This document shows positions 1 to 8,016 of a DNA stretch of 32,000 nucleotides, piece by piece (the first letter of the stretch is position 1; every line of letters starts with the position of its first letter). The notes under the pieces are model-generated. The model worked only from the letters and a program-made list of their open reading frames with translations, did not search any database and was not told the DNA's origin. Source of the stretch: Bacteroides maternus (GTDB taxonomy: Bacteria > Bacteroidota > Bacteroidia > Bacteroidales > Bacteroidaceae); contig NZ_CP143867.1 of NCBI RefSeq assembly GCF_036416795.1, positions 1,019,967 to 1,051,966 on the forward strand. The letters are read 5' to 3'. A program made the translations under genes and the position numbers.

Positions 1-498
1 CTTCGTATCCTTCAAAGCACTCGAAGTTTTGAAGAAAGTAACTAGATTCATGATCACCAGAAAGATAGCCGCAATGGGAGCAAGAACGATGATAAGCGCC
101 AACCGGATCAGCAAAGCTATAAACGGGTAAAAAAGAGTGTCAATAATGTCATTACTGACTACCCGCACTCTTTCAGAAGACTTCGTAGACTTAAAAGCAG
201 ATGGAATGCCGCCAATACCTGCATATATCCACGCGTTCATAGCATCACCGGTAAATTGCCAGATAGCGAACCCCAATATCATGAAAGCCAATACAAAGAT
301 GAACTTTATCAGCACCCATACTTTCCGCCTACTTAATGTAGACATTTCATCTTCCGCGGCTTTCAAATTACAGTCGTAGCACAAAGGTTTGCCGTCATAA
401 GAGTAAACAGAACTATCCAGACAGTTCTGACATAACCCTGCTCCACAAGATGCGCACGTGGCAACAGCATAGTCATTCAAATGTTTGTAGCAATTCAT
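1..498 (-). CDS. Partial (3' end off window) zinc-ribbon / B-box-like membrane protein
   Basis: Open frame on the minus strand from ATG (complement of 496-498) to the window edge. It is absent from the ORF track because no stop lies in the window. Translation starts MNCYKHLNDYAVATCASCGAGLCQNCLDSSVYSYDGKPLCYDC, with paired CxxC motifs. Hydrophobic helices follow (VWVLIKFIFVLAFMILGFAIW; FIALLIRLALIIVLAPIAAIFLVIMNLV). Confidence 0.6.
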   Translation of the reverse strand, partial: MNCYKHLNDYAVATCASCGAGLCQNCLDSSVYSYDGKPLCYDCNLKAAEDEMSTLSRRKVWVLIKFIFVLAFMILGFAIWQFTGDAMNAWIYAGIGGIPSAFKSTKSSERVRVVSNDIIDTLFYPFIALLIRLALIIVLAPIAAIFLVIMNLVTFFKTSSALKDTK

Positions 499-501
499 AG
501 C

Positions 502-543
502 AGTGTCTTTCTTTGTGTACAAAGATATACAAAGAAAGACACT
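502..543. repeat. Perfect 15-bp inverted repeat (AGTGTCTTTCTTTGT / ACAAAGAAAGACACT), extendable to about 18 bp with one G-T pair; candidate operator or leader hairpin
   Basis: Arms at 502-516 and 529-543 are exact reverse complements. Positions 517-519 and 526-528 extend the pairing. The repeat starts 4 nt upstream of the minus-strand ATG at 498. Confidence 0.7.
520..527 (-). promoter_or_regulatory. Candidate Bacteroides -7 box TATCTTTG (TAnnTTTG) for the minus-strand gene starting at 498
   Basis: Plus strand CAAAGATA equals minus strand TATCTTTG, about 22 nt upstream of the ATG, at the apex of the palindrome. A second exact match lies at 607-614 (minus TATATTTG). Confidence 0.4.
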
Positions 544-694
544 TAGCCTAATGCAACGTCAGTTTTGTTTTTCCGCTTCGTATATTTCCTTTACTTCGCT
601 TCCGTCCAAATATACTAATTGAAATCAGATATAGTCATTCTTCAGTATGAGAATAATATTTTCCCCTTTATGACCAGATTTCGCAAATAATACG

Positions 695-702
695 TATGTT
701 TG
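695..702 (+). promoter_or_regulatory. Candidate -7 box TATGTTTG for the CDS starting at 718
   Basis: Exact TAnnTTTG match 16 nt upstream of ATG 718. It overlaps the TTG at 700 that the ORF track uses as start. Confidence 0.5.
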
Positions 703-717
703 CGCCAAAATAGGTCA

Positions 718-2280
718 ATGAACATGAAAACGCACAGGAATCTAATGCTTGTATGCCTGCTCCTCATGGCATCAATCTCTTATGCGCAGTCCGAAACCAT
801 CGTTGTAGGAAAGAAAGCGGACGGAACGGACTTAAAAGCACAGTGCTACACTTTTCCGCAGCGGGTGGAAACCTTCTCCATGAGTGATAAAGGCGATTAC
901 CTCTGCGTCAGTTTCAGGGAAACCACTAAAAGCGGCAAGTATCTGAAGAATAAAGGAGAAATAGGTTTCTATGACACAAAGAGCAGTCAGCTCCTATGGA
1001 AACAGCCGATTGACTTCAGCAAATCACGGATAACTTGTCTTTCGGAAGGGGTCTTGATAACTGAAATCGGCAGCAAGATATCATTGCTCAGTAGAGAAAC
1101 GGGAGCAAAGAGATGGGAAGCCAATTTATTTCCGATATATGTGGACGATTCATTGGGATTGGTCTTAGGTTATAACTCCCCTACCTCCAACAAACTCCGC
1201 GCTGTCAACTTGAAATTCGGTAACGATTTGTGGGAAAACAAAATACCTCATCAATACGGTTGGAACGAAGTTCTTGATCTGGAACAAAATAAACGCCTGA
1301 TTGTAGCGGATGCATTGCATAAGCTGGATTTCATGACCGGAGAGTTACTGACCTATCCGGGCAAACCGGGAGCTCATGATACAAAAGCGGCATTGTTGCA
1401 AGGATTAGCCGCCGTAGCAGTCGGAGTAGCCGGTGGCGTAGCAACCGGCGGCGCCTATTATTACAGCTATGTTCCCATTGCCAATAATACAATCACGGGG
1501 TTGACTTCCAATATACTGTCTCAGGATTCACTTTATTACTGGGCAGACCGTCAACACATCTCCTGTATGGACACGGCTTTCAACGTAGTGTGGCAAACGG
1601 AGTTTCCTGATGTGAAAGCTTCCCGCTCTCAACTTTTCGTGCAAGATGGTAAGTTATTCATGCTGAATTACGGCTACGGATTACGCGAAGGAGCAAATCG
1701 CAAGAAATATGGGCGCCCATTTATAGCCTGTTATAACTTGCTAAACGGAGAAGAAATCTTCTTCAACCAACTAAGTGTAAAGAAAGATATGATTGAAGAT
1801 GCCCTGCGGACTGATGACGCACTCTACATGCTGTTTGATGACGGAATGGCTTATCAGGAGCTGACGGATTCCATCGTAAATATTGTACCTTGGGATACCA
1901 AGCAATACGGTAAGCTGGAAGCGATGTTGCCCGGTACACTCTATGCAGCCAACAAAGATACAACAGCTTTCCAGTCGCTCGCCTACAATGGGGAACATTG
2001 CCTGGTATATAATGATCAGGGAGTCATCTATGAAGTAGACAAAGACTTGAATATCAGTAAGACCTACGAACGGGAACGGATTTACAGTCCCAGTATTCAA
2101 CTAAAAGATTATTTATGTATCGGCAATCGTGGAGACTATTGGTTCATTCATGAAATGGGAATGCCTGTAGCCCATCTTCAAACTGATTTCAAGAAGGGAC
2201 GGGTGATTGATAATAAGCTGCTGCTACTTAACAATGAAAACCAATTCCTGTTTATCGATCTGGATGAAGCGATTGAATAA
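718..2280 (+). CDS. Secreted hypothetical protein, PQQ/BamB-like beta-propeller-type repeats
   Basis: Long ORF with signal peptide MNMKTHRNLMLVCLLLMASISYA|Q. It has repeated short strand-like blocks with W/G spacing (LLWKQPID, GAKRWEANL, GNDLWENKI, NVVWQTEF). Start moved from TTG 700 to ATG 718 because of the promoter box. Function unknown. Confidence 0.7.
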   Translation: MNMKTHRNLMLVCLLLMASISYAQSETIVVGKKADGTDLKAQCYTFPQRVETFSMSDKGDYLCVSFRETTKSGKYLKNKGEIGFYDTKSSQLLWKQPIDFSKSRITCLSEGVLITEIGSKISLLSRETGAKRWEANLFPIYVDDSLGLVLGYNSPTSNKLRAVNLKFGNDLWENKIPHQYGWNEVLDLEQNKRLIVADALHKLDFMTGELLTYPGKPGAHDTKAALLQGLAAVAVGVAGGVATGGAYYYSYVPIANNTITGLTSNILSQDSLYYWADRQHISCMDTAFNVVWQTEFPDVKASRSQLFVQDGKLFMLNYGYGLREGANRKKYGRPFIACYNLLNGEEIFFNQLSVKKDMIEDALRTDDALYMLFDDGMAYQELTDSIVNIVPWDTKQYGKLEAMLPGTLYAANKDTTAFQSLAYNGEHCLVYNDQGVIYEVDKDLNISKTYERERIYSPSIQLKDYLCIGNRGDYWFIHEMGMPVAHLQTDFKKGRVIDNKLLLLNNENQFLFIDLDEAIE

Positions 2281-2886
2281 TCACTTGAAATCAAGTGCTA
2301 ACTGCCCGTCACCCAACAGATTGAATGTCATGCGGTGATAAGGCGTAGTTCCACGTTCGGCGATGGCTGCACGATGCTTCTTTGTGGGGTAACCTTTGTT
2401 ATGGTCCCAATCATAATATGGAAATTCTTCGTGAAGACGGTTCATATAATCATCACGATAGGTTTTGGCAAGCACAGAAGCCGCCGCAATGGAAAGGTAT
2501 TTGCCGTCGCCTTTAATCACCGTGGTGTGCGGAAGATCCTGATATTTTTTGAAGCGGTTGCCATCTATAAGCAGATGCTGCGGACGCATCTTTAATTGAT
2601 CTACGGCACGATGCATGGCAAGGAAAGAAGCGTTCAGGATGTTAATCTTATCAATCTCTTCGGGAGATACAATGCCAACCGCCCATGCCAGTGCTTCTTT
2701 CTCAATCACTTCACGCAAAGCATAGCGCTGATGTTCCGTCAACTGTTTGGAATCATTCAGTAGTTCGTTCTTGAAATCTTTGGGAAAAATCACGGCAGCA
2801 GCATATACAGCTCCTGCCAGACAACCACGTCCGGCCTCATCGCAACCGGCTTCAATCAGATCTTTATTCAAATAAGGCAATAGCAT
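2281..2886 (-). CDS. rnhB: Ribonuclease HII
   Basis: 201 aa. N-terminal [19 protein letters not shown] (the DEAGRG catalytic motif), LIDGN and [10 protein letters not shown] are typical RNase HII blocks. Confidence 0.95.
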   Translation of the reverse strand: MLLPYLNKDLIEAGCDEAGRGCLAGAVYAAAVIFPKDFKNELLNDSKQLTEHQRYALREVIEKEALAWAVGIVSPEEIDKINILNASFLAMHRAVDQLKMRPQHLLIDGNRFKKYQDLPHTTVIKGDGKYLSIAAASVLAKTYRDDYMNRLHEEFPYYDWDHNKGYPTKKHRAAIAERGTTPYHRMTFNLLGDGQLALDFK

Positions 2887-2906
2887 ACAGCATTAATTTA
2901 GAGGCA

Positions 2907-2914
2907 CAAAGATA
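2907..2914 (-). promoter_or_regulatory. Candidate -7 box TATCTTTG for rnhB
   Basis: Plus strand CAAAGATA equals minus strand TATCTTTG, 21 nt upstream of the rnhB ATG at 2886. Confidence 0.5.
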
Positions 2915-2955
2915 AATCTTTTTGAGAGCAAACCTGACTTTTAAAGGAAAATAAT

Positions 2956-2963
2956 TACATTTG
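2956..2963 (+). promoter_or_regulatory. Candidate -7 box TACATTTG for the TPR/HTH regulator
   Basis: Exact TAnnTTTG match 20 nt upstream of ATG 2983. Confidence 0.55.
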
Positions 2964-2982
2964 CAGAAACAACAAATATACT

Positions 2983-4605
2983 ATGAAGCAAGTACTGTAT
3001 CTAATATTTGCAGTTTCTCTATTAACCACGATCCCCTTACAGGCTCAAGACAGCAAACAAGCCCAGACCTTATTAGAACAAGCTCAAAATGCCTTGTTCA
3101 GCAATCCCAAGCAGGCCTCATACTATGCAGCTCAGGCAGCTGCCTTATTTCCCGAAGACGAGCCCAATGAAACCCGTGCACAAGCTATGATACTCTATTG
3201 CCAAGCAGAGCAACTGCTGGGTAACTTCGATTTGAGTATCAAGAATTTGTATGATACACAGAGATATATCAACCCTGCAAACAAACGGCAAACAGCTCAG
3301 CTTTATTCACTCATGGGACGTGTATATAGTAAATTGGGCGATTATAACAAAGGGATAGAACTGAATGATAAGGCAACCTCTATTTTCAAGTCTTTAGGAG
3401 ATTCAGCTTCAGTGGCCGGATGTTATAATGAGCGTGGAGTCATGCATTATCTGCTTGATGAATTTCTGGTAGCAGAAAGATTTCTTCAACGGGCATTGAC
3501 TATCAACCGTGCCCAAAGGAACTTAAAAGAGATTGCTACCAATCTGAATAATTTATGTCTATATCAAGGAGATACGGACAAGAAACTATCTTTTATTCAG
3601 GAAGCCATAGCCATCAATAAAAATCTGGATGCACAATGGTCATTGGGAGAGAACTACAACAATATGGGCAAGCAATATTACTTCGGCGAGCAATACTCCA
3701 AAGCTTTGGAAGCTCTGCAGAAAGCCTATGAATACGCCCATAATATCGGTGCCAAGGAATTGATTTGTGATTATTATGAATATTCATCCTGGGTATATGC
3801 CGCCATAGGTGATTATGACCAGGCCTATAAACGGCTCAGTCAAATGTATGCTTTAAGCAAGGAGCTACAAAGTAGCAACAAGTTGCGCAACATTGAACAG
3901 GAAATCTCTTATAAAAGATATCAGGATCAGAAATATGCTACCGAAATGCAGGAACAAACTTATAAGATAGAACTACTAAAGCGCAACCTATGGCTTTTGG
4001 GCAGTATACTTGTTCTTGGTTTAGCCTTCAGTATATTCTTATATAAATGGTATAAACGCAGAAAAGGCCTTCAACTAATAGAAGCCCGATATCAACTGGA
4101 ACTGTCACAACGGGAAATATCCGAATTGAAACTGCACCAACAGGAATTGGAACTGCAAAATGTACAAAACGCCTTAGACAACAGTCAACAAGAAGTAACC
4201 AGTTTTGCCGTATTTCTTAGAAGCCGTAACGAGTTGCTGGACAAAATACGTGAGATGATTAAGGAAGGGTATAGAATGGACAACCAAGCACTGGTTCCCC
4301 ATTTAAAGAAGGTAAATGCTTTTATCAGCCAATACCAAAGCGGAGATAAGACCAATAATACATTGCTGCTGAGTGTTGAAGAGAAAAATAAAGAGTTTAT
4401 CGAAAAACTCGTAAAGCAACACCCCAACCTCACACAAGGCGAAAAATATCTCGCGACCTTATTACGGGTGAATCTCTCTACAAAAGAAATCTCAATGATT
4501 ACTGGAAGCACTCCCAAAACCATCAACATGAACCGTTACCGGTTGCGCAAATCACTCAACTTATCCACAGAAGAAGACTTAACTACATATTTGCAAAGTA
4601 TTTAA
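2983..4605 (+). CDS. Membrane-anchored regulator: signal peptide, periplasmic TPR repeats, one TM helix, coiled coil, C-terminal LuxR/GerE-type HTH
   Basis: Signal peptide MKQVLYLIFAVSLLTTIPLQA|QD. TPR-like repeats include YSLMGRVYSKLGDYNKGIELNDKA and NNMGKQYYFGEQYSKALEALQKA. The TM helix LWLLGSILVLGLAFSIFLY (about 3988-4050) is followed by KWYKRRKG. A heptad-like stretch reads QLELSQREISELKLHQQELELQN. The C-terminus LTQGEKYLATLLRVNLSTKEISMITGSTPKTINMNRYRLRKSL fits the LuxR/GerE HTH pattern. Confidence 0.8.
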   Translation: MKQVLYLIFAVSLLTTIPLQAQDSKQAQTLLEQAQNALFSNPKQASYYAAQAAALFPEDEPNETRAQAMILYCQAEQLLGNFDLSIKNLYDTQRYINPANKRQTAQLYSLMGRVYSKLGDYNKGIELNDKATSIFKSLGDSASVAGCYNERGVMHYLLDEFLVAERFLQRALTINRAQRNLKEIATNLNNLCLYQGDTDKKLSFIQEAIAINKNLDAQWSLGENYNNMGKQYYFGEQYSKALEALQKAYEYAHNIGAKELICDYYEYSSWVYAAIGDYDQAYKRLSQMYALSKELQSSNKLRNIEQEISYKRYQDQKYATEMQEQTYKIELLKRNLWLLGSILVLGLAFSIFLYKWYKRRKGLQLIEARYQLELSQREISELKLHQQELELQNVQNALDNSQQEVTSFAVFLRSRNELLDKIREMIKEGYRMDNQALVPHLKKVNAFISQYQSGDKTNNTLLLSVEEKNKEFIEKLVKQHPNLTQGEKYLATLLRVNLSTKEISMITGSTPKTINMNRYRLRKSLNLSTEEDLTTYLQSI

Positions 4606-4628
4606 CCCCATCCTTACACACAATAGCA

Positions 4629-4652
4629 TTTTGTAGATATAACTCTAGAACT
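4629..4652 (+). repeat. Direct repeat copy 1: TTTTGTAGAT-N7-TAGAACT (candidate operator upstream of susC-like gene)
   Basis: TTTTGTAGAT at 4629-4638 and TAGAACT at 4646-4652. Both recur at 4717-4739. Confidence 0.5.
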
Positions 4653-4716
4653 ATATCACTATAAATCAAACAATTAAAGTTTCCGTTGTAGTACAAATAT
4701 TTCCTCTAAAAAGCCC

Positions 4717-4739
4717 TTTTGTAGATTAATTATAGAACT
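4717..4739 (+). repeat. Direct repeat copy 2: TTTTGTAGAT-N6-TAGAACT
   Basis: TTTTGTAGAT at 4717-4726 and TAGAACT at 4733-4739, 88 bp from copy 1. A partial third TTGTAG lies at 4686-4691. Confidence 0.5.
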
Positions 4740-4845
4740 CCCAAATTGTGAACTTTGATAAATAACATTCTTATTTGTGGTGTGAAACACATTTTATTAA
4801 CCTTAAAAAACCACACACATGGGTAGAATTATTAAGAATTGTTCC

Positions 4846-7800
4846 ATGAAGAGAGTAGTCAAGTTAGCCTTACTCTTTGCTTTCCTGATTCCACTAAGTT
4901 CTTTAGCACAGAACATTCAACTGACAGGTACAGTAACCGATACAACAGGTGAAACTGTTATCGGTGCAAGTGTACTTGAAAAAGGTACTACTAACGGAGT
5001 TATTTCCAATATAGACGGTAACTTCTCACTAAACGTTTCCCCTAAGGCAATTATCGTTATTTCTTATGTAGGATACACTACTCAGGAAATTCCTCTTAAC
5101 GGTGCAAAAAACATTAAGGTAGTATTGAAAGAAGATACTGAAATGTTGGAAGAAGTAGTAGTCATCGGTTATGGTACCATGAAGAAAAGTGATATGACAG
5201 GTGCCATTTCATCTGTTGACGTCGAAGAACTATCCAAACGTACCACCACCAACCCCGCCGAAGCGCTGCAAGGTAAAATCGCCGGTGTAAACATTATGAA
5301 AGCAGGTGGTAACGCCGGTGCCGGCGTACAAGTAAAAATTCGTGGCGTAAAGACTTTTGGAGATAACGAACCTCTTTATATCATCGATGGTTTCCCGGGT
5401 GATATAAATGCTGTCAACCCGCAGGATATTCAAGCCATGGAAGTACTGAAGGATGGTGCTGCCGCTGCCATATACGGTTCGGTTGCTGCCAATGGTGTAA
5501 TCATCGTAACTACTAAAAATGGTAAGAAAGGTGAAACAAAAATAGATTTCAGTGCGTACGTAAGTATGACAAATGTAGCGAAAAAGCTCGACTTGCTGAA
5601 TGCAGAGCAATATAAGAAAGTACATACACAAATGTATGAGAACTGGAACGCTCATGTAATGAATCATAAGTCGCAATACGACCCGAAAGGTAACGGTGCA
5701 TGGGAAAAACAAATATTGGAACTAGAACCTTACATGACCAAGAATACTGGCATCGACACTGACTGGCAGGATGCCATGATGTGTACCGGTCTTTCACAGA
5801 ACTATATGTTCAGTGTAAGAGGTGGTAGCGAAAATGCTCAATATTCCGTTTCGTACAATCACGCTGATGATAAAGGTATTTTCCTTGGCAATGATTACCG
5901 TCAGGATAATGCACGCCTAAAGCTGCACATGAGCAAATATATCTTTGATATTGACGCCAACATGGCTTTCAAATTCACAAATAGCAAACAGCCCGAATAT
6001 CAGCTGAAAGAAATGTATATGATTTCTCCGCTGGTACCTATCTACAATGAAAATGAAGAATATGGCTTCGGTCTGACAAACTTCGATAACCTGCCCAACA
6101 ATCGTAATGTCATGGCCGACCAGCACTACGAGAAATCTACAGATAAGAAGTATCATACCACCGCCAACGTAGCTTTAACTGCCAACTTCACTAAATGGTT
6201 GAGTTTCAAAACAAGTTATGCTTACCGTGGAGAGCATCAACGCCAAACTTACCATACACCGGCTTACATTTCCGACGTAAAAGCCAAGCGAGACTATCCG
6301 TATCATAGCGAAACCACCGCTTACTGGGAAGAGCATGTATGGGAGAATGTACTGAGTTTCAACAAAGTATTCGGTAAACATTCTGTCAATGCCATAGCCG
6401 GTACTTCAACCATGGCTCGCAAATATACATGGAATTCTGTAGGCGTAGAAGGTAAATCAACAACTTATAAGGTAGAGGACGGGCAATTGGTAATCGGTGA
6501 ACAAGCAGGCGGTTTCCTCGATCTGGGCTTCTCTACAATCGGCGCAGGTGCAGGTGGTACTTACGACGGTGATGGAACTAAATGGGATTACAGACGCGTA
6601 TCCTTCTTCGGTCGCGTAAATTATAACTACAACGATCGTTATCTGATTCAGGCAACTGTACGTTCCGACGGTTCTTCCAAGTTTGGTGCTGACAACCGTT
6701 GGGGTTTCTTCCCATCAATAGCTGTGGGCTGGAGAATCAGTGAAGAAGAATTTTTCCCAAAAGGTATTGCGCTGAACAATTTGAAATTACGTGCCAGTTG
6801 GGGACGTCTGGGTAACGAAAATGCCTTGGGATATTACGACTTCCTCGCTTTAATTTCTACTTATAACACTAAATACCAGGGATATGTAAAAGGTAACGGT
6901 GATAATGCATGGGCAGGAAGTATTGCCCGCGGGCTGGAGAATCGTTCGTTGAAATGGGAAACTACAGATACTAAGAATATTGGTCTTGACTTCGGTTTCT
7001 TCAACAACAAACTGACCGGTGCCATGAACTACTATTACAATCAAACCGAAGAACTCTTGATTACGAAAGCACTTCCACCTTCTGCCGGCTTGAACAACCC
7101 AATCCTGAATGTGGGTAAAATCCGCAACTCCGGCGTTGAAGTTGAGATAAACTGGGCTGACTCAAAAGGTGGTTTCGATTATAACATCGGTATGAATTTC
7201 AGTACAACCAAGAATAAAGTTGTAGAACTGGCAGACAAAGGACAGGTTCTTTACGGTGAAGGTTTGAAATATGGAACCGAACACTTCCCAACCCAGACGC
7301 GCGTTGGCAAACCCATTGGTGCATTCTATCTTTATAAGACCAACGGTTTGTTCCAAAGCAATGAAGAAGCCCGCCAATATGTAAATGCAGATGGAGACGA
7401 GTATCAGCCTTTCGCCGATGCCGGTGATATCCGCTTTGTAGATGTAAATGGAGACGGCTCTATTGATGACGACGATAAGGTCTATTGTGGATCGGGTATA
7501 CCTACACTGGAAGTTAACCTGAATTTCTCTGCCGGCTATAAAGGCTTCGACCTTTCTGTTGTATTGGGTAGTGCATGGGGACACAAGATTTATAATGGTA
7601 ACAAGTACTTCTATGAAGGCATGAACTCCGGTTCCAACTTCCTCACATCATCCTTGAATGCCTGGACACCTCAAAATACCAATACAAACATACCTCGCGC
7701 CATCTTCAACGATCCGAACGGTAACTTGAAGGAGTCTGACCGCTTCATTGAGAAAGGTGACTTTGTCCGCCTCCGTCAATTACAATTAGGTTATACCCTA

Positions 7801-7995
7801 CCGAAAAAAATGATGCAAAAAGTATTCATCGAGAGATTGCGTTTTTATGTAAGTGGTGAAAACCTCTTCACAATCACCGGATACGACGGCATCGACCCCG
7901 AATTCTCACGTGTAAGTGTATTGAATACCGGTATTGATAAACTGATTTATCCGTTTACCCGTTCATTCACTTTGGGTGCCCAACTTACTTTCTAA
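4846..7995 (+). CDS. SusC/RagA-family TonB-dependent outer-membrane transporter
   Basis: Signal peptide MKRVVKLALLFAFLIPLSSLA|Q, then a carboxypeptidase-regulatory-like domain (LTGTVTDTTGETVIGASVLEKGTTNGVISNIDGNFSL). Plug region EEVVVIGYGTMKKSDMTGA, a long barrel, and a terminal LTF. A SusD-like gene follows after 21 bp. The ORF could also start at ATG 4819. Confidence 0.93.
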   Translation: MKRVVKLALLFAFLIPLSSLAQNIQLTGTVTDTTGETVIGASVLEKGTTNGVISNIDGNFSLNVSPKAIIVISYVGYTTQEIPLNGAKNIKVVLKEDTEMLEEVVVIGYGTMKKSDMTGAISSVDVEELSKRTTTNPAEALQGKIAGVNIMKAGGNAGAGVQVKIRGVKTFGDNEPLYIIDGFPGDINAVNPQDIQAMEVLKDGAAAAIYGSVAANGVIIVTTKNGKKGETKIDFSAYVSMTNVAKKLDLLNAEQYKKVHTQMYENWNAHVMNHKSQYDPKGNGAWEKQILELEPYMTKNTGIDTDWQDAMMCTGLSQNYMFSVRGGSENAQYSVSYNHADDKGIFLGNDYRQDNARLKLHMSKYIFDIDANMAFKFTNSKQPEYQLKEMYMISPLVPIYNENEEYGFGLTNFDNLPNNRNVMADQHYEKSTDKKYHTTANVALTANFTKWLSFKTSYAYRGEHQRQTYHTPAYISDVKAKRDYPYHSETTAYWEEHVWENVLSFNKVFGKHSVNAIAGTSTMARKYTWNSVGVEGKSTTYKVEDGQLVIGEQAGGFLDLGFSTIGAGAGGTYDGDGTKWDYRRVSFFGRVNYNYNDRYLIQATVRSDGSSKFGADNRWGFFPSIAVGWRISEEEFFPKGIALNNLKLRASWGRLGNENALGYYDFLALISTYNTKYQGYVKGNGDNAWAGSIARGLENRSLKWETTDTKNIGLDFGFFNNKLTGAMNYYYNQTEELLITKALPPSAGLNNPILNVGKIRNSGVEVEINWADSKGGFDYNIGMNFSTTKNKVVELADKGQVLYGEGLKYGTEHFPTQTRVGKPIGAFYLYKTNGLFQSNEEARQYVNADGDEYQPFADAGDIRFVDVNGDGSIDDDDKVYCGSGIPTLEVNLNFSAGYKGFDLSVVLGSAWGHKIYNGNKYFYEGMNSGSNFLTSSLNAWTPQNTNTNIPRAIFNDPNGNLKESDRFIEKGDFVRLRQLQLGYTLPKKMMQKVFIERLRFYVSGENLFTITGYDGIDPEFSRVSVLNTGIDKLIYPFTRSFTLGAQLTF

Positions 7996-8016
7996 CTCAT
8001 TTAACATTGTATAAAC

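Noticed and set aside
137-379. 80-aa plus-strand ORF from the track
   Set aside because: It lies antisense to a longer open minus-strand frame (1-498) that has coherent zinc-ribbon CxxC pairs and TM helices. The plus-frame product has no recognisable features.
700-717. TTG start (MRQNRS...) for the 526-aa ORF. Similar upstream start extensions exist at 4819, 9906, 10564 and 30224.
   Set aside because: A TAnnTTTG box overlaps 700. In every case an internal ATG gives a canonical signal peptide or an ATGA-coupled start (718, 4846, 9951, 10585, 30170). The extensions add non-signal residues.
5230-5712. Antisense or alternative-frame ORFs of 60-173 aa inside the large genes, e.g. 5230-5712, 7162-7584, 10834-11310, 14476-14997, 17922-18284, 19751-20110, 22591-22923, 24528-24836 and 4185-4529
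   Set aside because: All lie wholly within much longer ORFs that have strong family signatures. Their translations are low-complexity or Cys/Arg-rich shadow frames with no motifs.
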